DNA of 64,000 nucleotides from Camelus ferus (lineage: Eukaryota), in NCBI RefSeq assembly GCF_009834535.1, contig NC_045696.1, positions 36,458,001-36,522,000 on the forward strand, in the 5' to 3' direction. Below are positions 51,644 through 63,220 of the stretch, piece by piece. The translations under genes and the position numbers were made by a program. The stretch's first letter is position 1, and every line of letters starts with the position of its first letter. The notes beneath the pieces were generated by a model, which did no database searches, was not told where the DNA came from, and worked only from the letters and a program-made list of their open reading frames with translations.

Positions 51644-53005
51644 TGTTGTGGATAATCTTTATTTACTTCTTCAGAGTCAAAGACACCTGTGTGGGAGCAG
51701 AGTGAGGTCAGGCCATTTACAGACTCAACTCTCTCCCTGCAGTTGGTTGCTCCAGCTCCACATTCTCATAACTGCTCACTCCCTGCCCCTACAAGCTCAG
51801 AGTGATAGTGATTTCTGACAGAATATGCCTGATAAAGTGTCTCGTAGTGGGGGTGGCCTGAAAAATGGGTTCTTGGATTGAATAGCTCCATACATGTGAG
51901 AAGTTCATAGATAATCTGTTGGTAGGGAAGAATGGCTTACCGTGTCTTTATCATTACTCAGATTTTCACTCATGTAGCACAGGCTTAACTGCAAGTAGAA
52001 AGCAAGGGATTAGGAGATCAAATGCTGTGGCTCCTGGTCTTATGATAGCAAGAGTGACTATAAAGATTGTGGATCAGCTGGCTGTTTCTGAAGCCCTGGG
52101 GATCATACAGGGTAAAAGGGACAAGGTCAAGGTCATAAAAACACAACCCAAAGTATAAGATGGAAATCAGAAGTCTTCAAGGGCATCTTTGAGGGAGTCT
52201 TTCATTTCCTGTAGTCACAAGGCAGATACGGCTGAGAACCAAGCCCAAGGCCTGACTGTAAGGGCTGCAGGGTGGTAGTGCCAATTCAAGGCTCATTCCC
52301 TTGGGTGTAAAAGATTCTTTCCTCCCTACGCTATCTAAAGTAACAGGACTCTTCTTGAATGAAACTTCTAATGACTGCTCCCAGGCATTGTGTCCCACAA
52401 AGAAGTGCCAGTTCTCCTTGGTACTTACTGCCACTTTTGTTCACAGCTCCTTTGCCCAGCATAAGAGTTAGATCCCAACGTGGACCAGATGAAGACGCAC
52501 AAAGCATGCTCTGGAAGGGTATAACTTATACATCCAAAGGGTTGTAGGAACACATCAGTTTATATTAGTAGGAATCAGGAGCATGTGTAAATGTGGATTC
52601 TATGGGTATTATTTGTTTGGACAAAAATGATTGATATACACATATTCACAAAAGTTACAGAATTTAATGTGCTCATTTAAGCACTTAGGAGTGATTTTAA
52701 TCAATTAAGTTGGCAAATGGTAGGCTAAAGTCATTGGTAGCCTACCATCAAAAAGTGTTCATGCTGAAACTGGCATACTACAGAAGGAGGAGTTAAAAAT
52801 CCCAGGGAGGTAGCAATATTGAATTCATTTAATAGGACAAACTGCTCAGATACTCCTCTAATCATACCTATCTGGAGGGCCAGGAACACTTTCTCAACAA
52901 GGCATTAAAAAGGAAACACCTTGGTGATGATGGATCACTAATGTCCTTGAGAAACTCTGTGGTGGCTGTACTGTGTGGCTGGCGGTCATGGTGGGGATGC
53001 TGACT
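51644..53005 (+). mobile_element. ERVL-class provirus relic: putative LTR plus decayed gag
   Basis: TCCTGTAGTCACAAGGCAGATACGGCTGAGAACCAAGCCC, TATACATCCAAAGGG...GGAGCATGTGTAAATGTGGATTCT and TCCTTGAGAAACTCTGTGGTGGCTGT resemble recalled ERVL gag segments in the expected order; no intact ORF. Confidence 0.65.
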
Positions 53006-53666
53006 ACCTCATTCTTATTAACTAGATAAACCCCAGCTTTGGACTTCTGGATTTCAATAATAGCTAAGCATTAATGCTCTGAGTGGCACGATTAAAGAAC
53101 AGAGAATAAAACCCCACTTCCACCCGGGACACACTCTTGTTTGATATAAGGTTGTAAATCAAAAGCCTTGGAAATCAAAATATTTATTCTCTATTGATTT
53201 AAAACAATTTGGTGATTTTTTTCTTGTGTCTTTTTAGTCATAGTAGTTCAAAAACTGCTTGCTTTTCATAGCCCTTAAGCCCTTTCTCAAAAATCAAGCC
53301 AATTTGTAAAATTTATATTGTATACATGTATAATTTACATATTAATATGTCATACATATGTATACTTCAATTGGAGTTAAAAGAGGGATGTAGATAAGCA
53401 TGTGGGAAAGGTTAAGAAGACTTTAATAGGCTCTGAAGATTGTGGTTACAAATTCGTTGGTCAGCTAGTCAAGGTGATTGGCTTTTTGCTTTCAGAATTG
53501 TCCTTTCCCTTTCTAAAAGGAAGGTGATGAGTTATTGCTATTAGAGGCACTGTGTCCTCTAAGAACTCATAAATAATATTTAGCAGCTCAATAATTGCTT
53601 TAATCAATTCCTTAAGCATCTTGGGATATGTGTTATTAGGATCTGATAATTGGATAGAATCCAGCT

Positions 53667-54168
53667 TTTTCTTTTTCTTTTTTTTGGTATATATATATTT
53701 TTTATTGAAGTATAGTCAATTTACAATGTTGTGTCAATCTCTGGTATAGCACAATGCTTCAGTCATACATGAACATACATATATTTGTTTTCATATTCTT
53801 TTTCACCATAAGTTACTACAAGATACTGAATATAGTTCCCTGCGCTATACAGCATGAACTTGTTGTTTATCTAGTCTGTATATATGTGTATATATATCAG
53901 CTAGTATCTTCAAATGTCTAACTCTCAATTTATCCCCTCTCACCGCCCTTCCCCCTAGTAACCACAAATTTGTTCTCTATATCTGAGATCTGTTTCTATT
54001 TTGCAAATAAGTTCATTTGTCTTTTTTTTAAGATTCCACATATAAGTGATATATGGTATTTTTCTTCTCTTTCTGGCTTATTTCACTTAGAATGACAATC
54101 TCTAAGTCCATCCATGTTGCTGCAAATGGCATTATTTTATTATTTTTTATGGCTGAGTAGTATTCCAT

Positions 54169-54206
<38 letters not shown>

Positions 54207-54290
54207 CACCACAACTTCTTTATCCCATCATCTGTCGATGGACATTTAGATTGTTTCCATGTCTTGGCTACCGTAAATAGTGCTGCCATT
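53667..54290 (-). mobile_element. 5'-truncated L1 (ORF2 C-terminus plus 3'UTR)
   Basis: Clearly homologous to 17375-17920 (TTCACTTAGAATGACA, TCCATGTTGCTGCAAATGGCATTAT, TTTATGGCTGAGTAGTATTCCATTG); T-rich tail at ~53667-53685. Confidence 0.93.
54168..54206 (+). repeat. (TG)n(TA)n compound microsatellite inside L1
   Basis: Direct observation. Confidence 0.9.
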
Positions 54291-54644
54291 TTCATGTAAT
54301 CTTTGATAAGAAATTCGCCTGTTTTTACTACCCTATCACATAACTAGTTATTGACTAGTATTGAAAATTTGGGAAAAGTTACTTTGCTAGTATCATTGGT
54401 AGCTTTTTTTTTCCTTTTGCTATAGGCCTAGTAAAATAAAAGTGAATTTCAAGTTCATTTTTCAGGATTCTTGGGAAGAGAGAATATGCATCTCAAGAAA
54501 AATACTTTATAATATGACACTATGAATAAGGATTAATGAAATTTATCAAATATGTCAGTGATAGTTTCCTCATGACAACAGATTTTTAGTTCACAAGAAA
54601 ATCCTCACCAGCTTGCTTGAAATTGAGTTTTCAGAGGTTAACAT

Positions 54645-54905
54645 AATAGTAATAACAACAAAAATGATGACTATTTGTTGAGCATTGTGTCCCAGACCCT
54701 GTGTGTTAAGTGCTTTGTAGGGATAATCTCATTGAATCCTCAGATCATATCACTATCTATGTGGTATTGTATACAATTTCACAAATGAGGGAACTAGGCT
54801 CAGAGAGGTTCAGTAAATTTCTCATGGTCAGACAAGTAATAAAAGTGGCTAAGACAGGACTGAAACCCAGGTGATGTCTAAAGCCATGGTCTATGCTAAA
54901 CTCTC
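54645..54905 (-). mobile_element. MIR SINE
   Basis: ATTTGTTGAGCATT, TTTCACAAATGAGGGAACTAGGCTCAGAGAGGTT, CAGGACTGAAACCCAGG. Confidence 0.8.
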
Positions 54906-55084
54906 TTCCCATTGATGGTATTTTTCTCTAATTATGGTGTTGGGGACAGCAGAACCAGGAGAAACTGGCAGTTAATATTCTCAAAGAAGTGTAAAATTAG
55001 ATGCGAAAGAAAATTTAGAAGCTAATCTAGTCAAGCCATCTTCTTTTACTGATAAAAAATAGGAGGCCTTTATAGTATAAACTA

Positions 55085-55220
55085 GAATCCATATTGCCTG
55101 GGTTCACCTCTTACAAATTAAGGGAATTTAAACCTCTTAATTCCTCAGTTTTCTCATCTATAAAATGGGGGTGATAATAATGGAACCTACTTCAAAGCGT
55201 TGCTCCAAGATTCAATATTA
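55085..55220 (+). mobile_element. MIR relic
   Basis: CCTCAGTTTTCTCATCTATAAAATGGGGGTGATAATAATGGAACCTACTTCA. Confidence 0.8.
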
Positions 55221-55444
55221 TACATGTTATATGTATCTAGCTTTCCCTCTTCTGAAGTTTAAGAACAAGAGAATTCATGAAGTGTTGAGAGTTAGGAAAC
55301 ATAAGGAAATACACAGTTATCTGTCTGTTATATTATATTATCATTCCCAGAAATATTAGGATAAAGAATAAAGAAGCATCTGGTCAGAGGCACACATAGC
55401 AAAATTAAAAAAAAAATTCAAATTAGTAGCAAGGGTGAAGGTTT

Positions 55445-55504
55445 TATATATATATACATATATATTTATGTATATATATATACACACATATATATATATA
55501 TATA
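55445..55504 (+). repeat. (TA)n-rich microsatellite
   Basis: Direct observation. Confidence 0.9.
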
Positions 55505-55554
55505 AAAAATTTGTAGACAGGGGGAAATTTACTGTCTTTATCAAGATGTACCAC

Positions 55555-55930
55555 TTTAAAAGTAGCAGAAAACCCAGCCAATATTTACCTCTCCAAACTA
55601 AATAGCTATTACCTTGGTTAACAAGACATGCTGAGTAGGCAGTTGGTAGCATTGGTTTATCTATAACGGTGTTAGGGTTTCTGTCTCTAAAATTGTACTG
55701 TCCTTCCTCCTCTGGTCTCAAGATGGTTATTGCAGGTCCAGAAATCCTGAACTCAGTTAACACATGTAGAAGGAGGGAAGGAATGGAGTGAGCCTCCTCT
55801 GTCACTTTTATTAGGAAAAAGAAAAGCCTTCCAAGAAAACCCGTTTCCTTTTCTAACATCTCATTTGCCAAAACTAGGGCCATCATGTTTCCAACTGGTT
55901 TTCCAGTGTAGGCAGGCAATGAGGAGTAGA
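55555..55930 (-). mobile_element. Old MLT1 (K/L-like) MaLR LTR
   Basis: AGTAGCAGAAAACCC, TGGTCTCAAGATGGTTATTGCAGGTCCAG, CATCTCATTTGCCAAAACTAGG. Confidence 0.6.
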
Positions 55931-56044
55931 GCTGGGAATGGATGGTGACCAGTGAACATTACTATTTAGATTTATGATGATTATATATTGACCACATTTA
56001 TATATTAGCTGAGATATATATTAATGGAAATGAGGGGAGAAACC

Positions 56045-56500
56045 ACCACTTACAGAGTAACTATTAAGTTCTAGGTTGTACATTAGGTATTCTATGGTCA
56101 GTAGTTCATTTAGTCCTCAAAACATTTTTGAGAAAACAGATGAATAAATTGAGATTCAGGAGGGTGAAGCCTATTGCAAATATCTTATACTACATAGTAT
56201 TATTTGAACCTAGGTCTGGCTGACTTGAAAGTCTATGTTTATAACTGGAACATGAGAAAATGAAGAGAGCTCTAGAATAATAGCCACAAATTAGTGAATG
56301 CTTACTAAATGCCAGGCATGACAAAACTAACACATTTAAAAATAAATTATCACATCTATCCTCACAACAATCCTGTAAGATATTTTTATCCCTATTTCAT
56401 AGGTGGGTAAATGGAGTCAGGGGAGTTGGCTACCTTGTTCAAGTTTACTCAGCTAAAGATTTGAGACTGGGTTTGGTATCTAGGTTTCACCCCCAACCAC
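56045..56500 (-). mobile_element. Two tandem MIR relics
   Basis: ACAGATGAATAAATTGAGATTCAGG, TTTGAACCTAGGTCTGGCTGAC; TGCTTACTAAATGCCAGGCA, CCTCACAACAATCCTGTAAG. Confidence 0.7.
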
Positions 56501-57759
56501 TAAAACAGATTTCCATTTATCATCTGTATTTAGGAGAGTGTTGTTTAACTTCCCATCTTACCATGTGATGATTCCAGAAGTATACAGAATGTAACAACCA
56601 GGTAGGTGTTGAGAATGTGCACTTGAGTTTTCCCCCATTTATCTGTTAGAAATGGCAGGATAAAGTCCCAGGTGAAAGGTTTCAGGAGAAGAAAAGGAAA
56701 TACATGTAAGGTCAGGGATGTCTGGCATAGGTACTCTATCTTACCTGATGGTCTGGAATAACTTGAGGTTGGAAAAGACAGTTAAATAGAAAAAGTTACC
56801 TAGAAGCAACTTGTTCTAACCTTTATGACTACAGTGCCATGTATTCTTTATTTAAAGCTATTTTTATTGCTTCCAACAAAACAAAACAAAACAAAAGCCA
56901 CAACAGCCTAAGATACATATTTCTCCACCATTGAGTAGTTTTAACTTTCTCTTTGCATGTTAGGACATTCCAGAACTAGCAGCTTTATGGAAGTGAGGAA
57001 AAGGCAAGTATAGAGTATTGGTTTTATTAATAACAAGATGATAGCTCATACTCAGCAGGAGATTTAGAAAGCACCTGGGTTGGGGTGGTGGGATGAGGGC
57101 TAATGCTTCCCTGTATAAGTTCTCTTTAATTGAAAATGCTGTAGAGGCCTAAATGCCTTCAAAGGCAGTCATGAAGGGTTTCAGAAAGAGGTGTTTCAGC
57201 ACAGTTCACTGAGCAGAATGAAAACATTTGCCCCACAGATACCAAATACGTTCGAAAAAGAGCACGTACAATAGCTGATAGCAAGCACCAAAGCGGGGAA
57301 AATAAATAAAAGGCAGGCGTGGACTTTATTGCCAGCACAACTGTGACGAGTTTATAAAATGCATCTGTGCCTTAGGTGTCTGGTCTGAACATCTGAATAA
57401 TTTTATTTCTCAAGGTGTCTGACAGTGGATCTGTTCATTTTTTGTTTGGCCCATGCTTTATAGGTGAACCTGTCCCCTCTAATTATTAGGAAGAGTGACT
57501 TCATGCAACCCTAATCCCAAAGAGGGGGTATTTAGGCCTTTTGAGTCCCTCTGGTTTCTTTCAGTTTAATAACTATTCCTTTCTGTAGTTTGAAGCTATA
57601 AATACAAACTCCTTTTTTTTTCCCATTCTTGCTACAAGAAAAATACATTCATATTGAATCTTTGTGTTTTTAAGAATAATTTAAATACTTAAAACTTCAT
57701 TCTGATCGTCTAATAATAATACTTTCAATAATAGCATGACTTTATTCCAATAATAACAA

Positions 57760-57990
57760 TTACAAATAATAATCATAAGTAACATTTATTGAGTTATTGC
57801 TAAGGTTAGACTGTAAATATTTCATAAGCCTAATCTCACTCATTTTCTCAGCAACCTTATGGACTGTGGGCTTGTATTATTTTTATTTTGCAGATGAGAA
57901 AATGACCCTGGGAGAGATATATAACTTCCCTGACCTAGCACAGCTTATAAATGGAAAACTTAGATATGAGTCTGGAGCCTCAACATCTGA
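57760..57990 (-). mobile_element. MIR relic
   Basis: AACATTTATTGAG, ATTTTGCAGATGAGAAAATGA, AACTTCCCTGACCTAGCACAGCT. Confidence 0.75.
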
Positions 57991-58849
57991 GACAATGCTA
58001 GAGAAATTTAAGCTGTATAGCTATCTGAATGTAAAACTTCCATTTTAGAATTGTAAACCTACATTGAATTATAACAGTCTAGTCTTGGGAAAGTGGAAAT
58101 AATTAGGGACATTGCTTTTCACACTTCATAGCAATGCCTTTTGCATAGCTGGTGCTCCAGTGAATGTTTGATGAACGAATAAATGAATCAGCAATAAGAT
58201 ACAGAGGAGATGCAAATGCCTGAGTAGTTTAGAATAATTTTATTTCTTTATTATCTTCAATCATACTCAAAGTATTGAAGAGTGAATATTTGCTGGTACT
58301 ATTTAGTAGAATTTCAGTGTTTTGCATTGTTGGCTGTTTATACATGGATCATCTGTGCTCCATGTTATTTTTCTATTGAAAATATGTGATATGTTTTATA
58401 CCACCTTTATCTGGATTCACCCTAGTCCTCTGGATGAAACACTTGTGAAGGGGCATAAGATCAAAGCTTTGAGTGGATTGACCAGACACTAACATTCACA
58501 TGGCAGCAGGATAATTCCCCATAGAGACAGGCTTCTCTGTTTGTTTGCTGCCCAGAAGTTCTATGAACCTGCTCCTCATAGCAGTTTTTCTTGCTTCTGG
58601 AAATCAGGTCATAGTCCCAGTCCAACAATATGATCTTAGGATTTTGGACTAATTCTTGCCAGTGCTCCCATGTTGTGCAGATAATTGAGAATTGACTGAA
58701 ATATATACATTTTCCTTTAGAGTAATCAATGGAAATAATGGCTGTAAAGAAAATTAAATCGCTTTCTCCTTGAGGTTTGAAGAAATTGAATTTATAAAAT
58801 TTTAGTGAACTGTATCAAATTCTTCAAAAAGTAGAAAAGAGTACAACAC

Positions 58850-59240
58850 TGATTATATCATATCACTTTACTTGCTCCTCATTGTATAAAATCCAAACAA
58901 CTCAGCTTGGTACTCAAGGCTTCCAAGCCCCAGCCCCAACATTTATTGTCAGCCTTAAATACATCTCCTTCCATATATATATGTTATGCAGGCCAAAGTA
59001 GACTATAAATTATTTCCTGGACATTCACTATATATTCAAATTCATCTCTGTGGAAATCCTAGCCATTTTTCTAGGATGCAAACTCCTTTAAGAAGTACTG
59101 ACTGATGCCTTCAAATAAAGATGATTTAATCTTCTTTTGAATTCCATAATACTCTCTGTTTCTCTTATAACATGTACCAGATTTTATTTTTACTGTAGAT
59201 ATTTTTATATTTGTAAGTTCTCTGAGAGCCTGGGAAATAG
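58850..59240 (+). mobile_element. L2 fragment
   Basis: ATAAAATCCAAACAACTCAGCTTGGTACTCAAGGCTTCC and TTGTAAGTTCTCTGAGAGC. Confidence 0.5.
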
Positions 59241-60194
59241 CCTATCCTTCTGGAAGGAAAGTAGGCTGGGGAATGGTAAATTGATACATTGTGGGGACTG
59301 TGGAGTTAGGGATGATATACAAGAGTCAGAAAATAGGAAGTTTATTGGAGAATTATTGGTGCTTAAGAAAGGCCATTGAAAGTCAACCCAATTTAAAAGC
59401 AGATCAAACTCTTATAATAAATTGTTAAAAAATGTAATGGCACTTTATCTTAAAAAATGAAAAAAAATTCTTATATTCAATTTATATCTGAATAACAAAA
59501 CTATTCTAAGTAGGGAACAAGGAGTGTTTTTCCCTTGGTATGATGTTCCTGACTAAACTGTCACATATAATTACTTCATGTGTGGCTTTTGCAGATCATC
59601 ATTTAGAGTATCATTTTACAAAATTATTCAACAGTTTTTCCAAAGCTTCTCTAGGTTCTTTGATATTCAGACTATTTCCTTTTAAATTTCAAATTGTGTT
59701 ATCATCCTTGCTGACCTCTCTTCTTTGACTGCTGGATATATAGACTGCCCATTTCCTAATTTGATAATGATTCTTATGATTCAAGCAATCTCCAATGTCA
59801 CTCTCATTAGTTTCATGAAATTTTGCTTATTATGCTAGAAATTCAATATCTTTTAAAAATACTTCATATTATATTTGTATTGTAGACCTATACTCAATGA
59901 AATACTGTCACAAGGCAAAAATGTTGAACTTAAGAGCCATTAAGAAGGAGGAATGTTTGAATAGAAACCCAATAAGCGATCCGTTTATTGTGTAAGATTT
60001 TATATTATTCTTCCCACTACAGCTTTGGACAGTGAACACTCAGATGAGAGTTATCTCCTATGTATTTTTGAATTGACCTGCTTTCCTGCCTATTTTTAAC
60101 TTGGGTCACCTGGGTCACCAATAATTCTCTGACTCCTGTACATCATCCCTAATTCCACAGGGAATTAAAACTCCTTAATAAAAACACCTCCTTT

Positions 60195-61290
60195 TTTGCT
60201 AAAATATTTGAAATTAAGTTGCGAACCTAATGATACTTTACTCTGAATACTTCAACATGTATCTCACAAGGACAAGGACATCCTTTTTTCATGAACACAA
60301 TATCATTTTCATATCTAAGAAACTGAGTATCATCACAACAGTATCTGATACAAAGTTCTATGAAAATTTCTCCAGTTGTCCCACATGTGTCCTTTATAAG
60401 TTGAGTGTATGTGGCTTTTATTATTTATTTTTTGGCATCTGATCAAGGATCACGATTTGCATCTAATTGTCATGTCTCCAGAGTCTCCTTTAATCTATAA
60501 CCATTCATTTGCTTTTTCTTTTCTTTCTTTCCTTTTTTTTTTTTTCCTGTCTTTCACAACTTGACAGGTTTGTCAACTCTGGGCCAATTGTTTTGTAAAG
60601 TATTCTACAATTTAGAACTTGTTTGTCTTCTCACAACTAGTTTAAATTTAAATATTTTTATGCAGGAATATACCACAGCCACAGGTGTTATTGTAAGCTT
60701 CCCACTGCATGGTATCAGAAGAAGCAGAATGCTGATTTGTACCATTACTGGTGATGCTTTCTTTGATCCCTTGGTTAAGATCCTGTCATTATTGTAAAAA
60801 TATCTTTTTTTCTTCATAATAAATAATCTGTTGGGTAAAATTTTGAAAATATGAGAATCCTTTTACCTTATGTTTTTAACGTCATTTGATGATTCTTGCC
60901 CAAGTCAATAGCATTGTCATTGGCAAAATGTTGATTTTCTAATTTTATCATTCCGTCTTCATATGATGGCTAGCATTCTTGTATTACATAGAACTTTTCC
61001 TCCCTCCCCTGCCCCCATACATTTTATTGACTCCTTTAAAATGCAATGTACTATATTTCATTATTTAAAAAGAAATACTCCAATTGTCCCAGATTTGGCC
61101 AGTTAGATCTTTGAAGCTAGCCCTATGTTTTTCTGTTAGGTCCCCACTAATCATTGAGTACTTTTTAGCTCTCTGACACTACAAGAACATTTAGCATTGC
61201 CAGTAGATTTTTCTTGCCTTGGCCACTTTTCCTTTATGTGGAGAATGGTATTTAAAAACCAAGATCTTGGCACTAGATGAACACGTTGAT
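60195..61290 (-). mobile_element. Old L1MC-type 3' region
   Basis: AATACTTCAACATGTATCTC, AAGGACAAGGACATCC, ATCAAGGATCACGATTTGCATCTAATTGTCATGTCTC, TTGTCCCAGATTTGGCCAG, GAATGGTATTTAAAAACCAAGATCT. Confidence 0.8.
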
Positions 61291-62622
61291 ATTAGGGTGG
61301 GCATGGGTAATTTTCACTTTCATATACAGCATACTTTCATTCTTTTGTTCTCACTTGTTTAATTTTGGATTTTATACATTAGAACATTTTCTTCCTTTGT
61401 ATTTTCTTCAGCTAAGTATTTAATTTCAAATGCTGCTACCTAAAATTCAGTAGGATTCCTAAGAACTGGCAGAGAGTGAAAATCCTTCCGTTTTCAACTG
61501 ACAGCATGGAAGCGCTAAAATTTCACACTTCATTCAGACCTTTCTCAGTCACCTCTGTTTGTCTTTCATCTGATTTTTACAGATGTTCTGAAGTTCCCAA
61601 AATAAATAGGGATAATTAGTGAAGCACAATATCTGGAAGATAAAGCAAGTGCTTACCTGTTTGCTCTGCCATCTGCTCCAGTTTGGATTGGATAAGTACG
61701 TATTCAGTGCCCCCAAACAGCGTGCCTGTCTCAAATACACACTGTGACTGGCTCCAGTTCTATCTGGTTGATTCGGATTATTTCGTTACAACTATTGAGA
61801 CTTACAAACCCAGCAATTAAGATAACTTAGACATGTTAATACCTACGTAGTCCTTAACCACCCGGCCTTGAAAAGAGTGTGAGAGGTTTTATAAGACGCT
61901 GTTTCATTGAAGGATTATTATTATTTAATGGGACATGTTATACGTGCAAATTATTTTAAAAGGTTTCTTTCTTTCTTTTTGGATTTATCAGGCCTTCATT
62001 TGCAAATGGAAGATTAACTGTACTTTATTTGTAATTGTTCCAAATGTGATGATGGTGAAAAGCAATGATACAAATACCAACTTTTTTTTTCCTACCAATG
62101 TTTCTGTGTGAAGATTAAGAGTGTCTGTGACTAGTTCTAGAGTGATAATTTCAGTTGGCTCAAGTCCATTAACTGCAGGGAAAAACACCTGGCAAGGCGG
62201 TTGGTAGCAGCCCGTTCTTGTTAACCTTTCAGCCTTCACAATAACTATCAGCAGGCACAGAGTCAGGGCCTCTAATTAACTGGCATTAAAGCTTCTGACA
62301 GCTAATAACTTTTTATCGGTTTCCAGGACTGAGTGAAAGAAAATGTTCTGATTAATTAGAATCAAGGAATTTTTAAATTCCATAATCCTAGAATTGAACA
62401 ATTTTTAGGCATAGAAAATAAATCAGTGTGGTTACTCAGATGACATTTTCTTAAAAACAAAATAGAGTTTCAAAGTACATTATTTTAGTTGCTTTAATCC
62501 AGTTTAATTTTCACCTACTGTACTCTTATTTTTAGTAAAAAGGAAAATAGCTAAGAAATGGAAAACTTAGAGGATCAACTCCAGACCTAAAGTTTTAACT
62601 GGATTCTTCTCACCTGTGAAAT

Positions 62623-63220
62623 TGTTACCAGGAATGGGAGAAAAAAGTTACCTCTGTTCTTCGTCACCTGAAAAAAATGAATTTTTAATGAGAGACAGAA
62701 AGTGTAATATAAACAGAAGATTTTATTAGTAAAGTTAAGGTCGTAAAATACAGTACACCCCCAAGGACTGGGGACGGGCCAATCCAAGAGAGGAAGAATG
62801 GCGCTGCTCCTTTGTTTTTCCTGCTCTCATATCCTGGCTTAGGGGCGTTTTCGTGATTGATTGATTGATGGCTCCTTGTGCTCAGGCTGATTGACAGCTC
62901 AGTTTCCTTGTGCTCAGGCACGCCCATCCCTTTTGTGCATGTTCTTACCCATGATGCACACAGAGAAACCTATAGGGGGAGCTCAAACTGCAACGTTAAT
63001 TACATTATAATGAGCATTGGTTCAAGTTAAGCCTGGTCCTTCTCTCTACTGCATAGCTGCAGGGTTCGGTTCTAGCCCACTTCTTTGCTGGCTCTTATTT
63101 AGAGAAAGTATGTTTTTGGAGCCCCTTATCCTGAATGCAGGCGTACTGTTACTTTTTAGGTTGCTCCTTCCCCCTTTCTCTCCCCCTGCCCGGTACTCAT
63201 TTCTGTCTAACTGTCTAACA
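62623..63220 (-). mobile_element. ERV1-type solo LTR, relatively young
   Basis: TGTTA...TAACA inverted termini; perfect 4-bp TSD AAAT (62619-62622, 63221-63224); minus-strand AATAAA ~62722; CpGs retained. Confidence 0.88.

Noticed and set aside
55356..55919. 187-aa minus-strand ORF
   Set aside because: Runs through an MLT1 LTR and a (TA)n microsatellite; chance ORF
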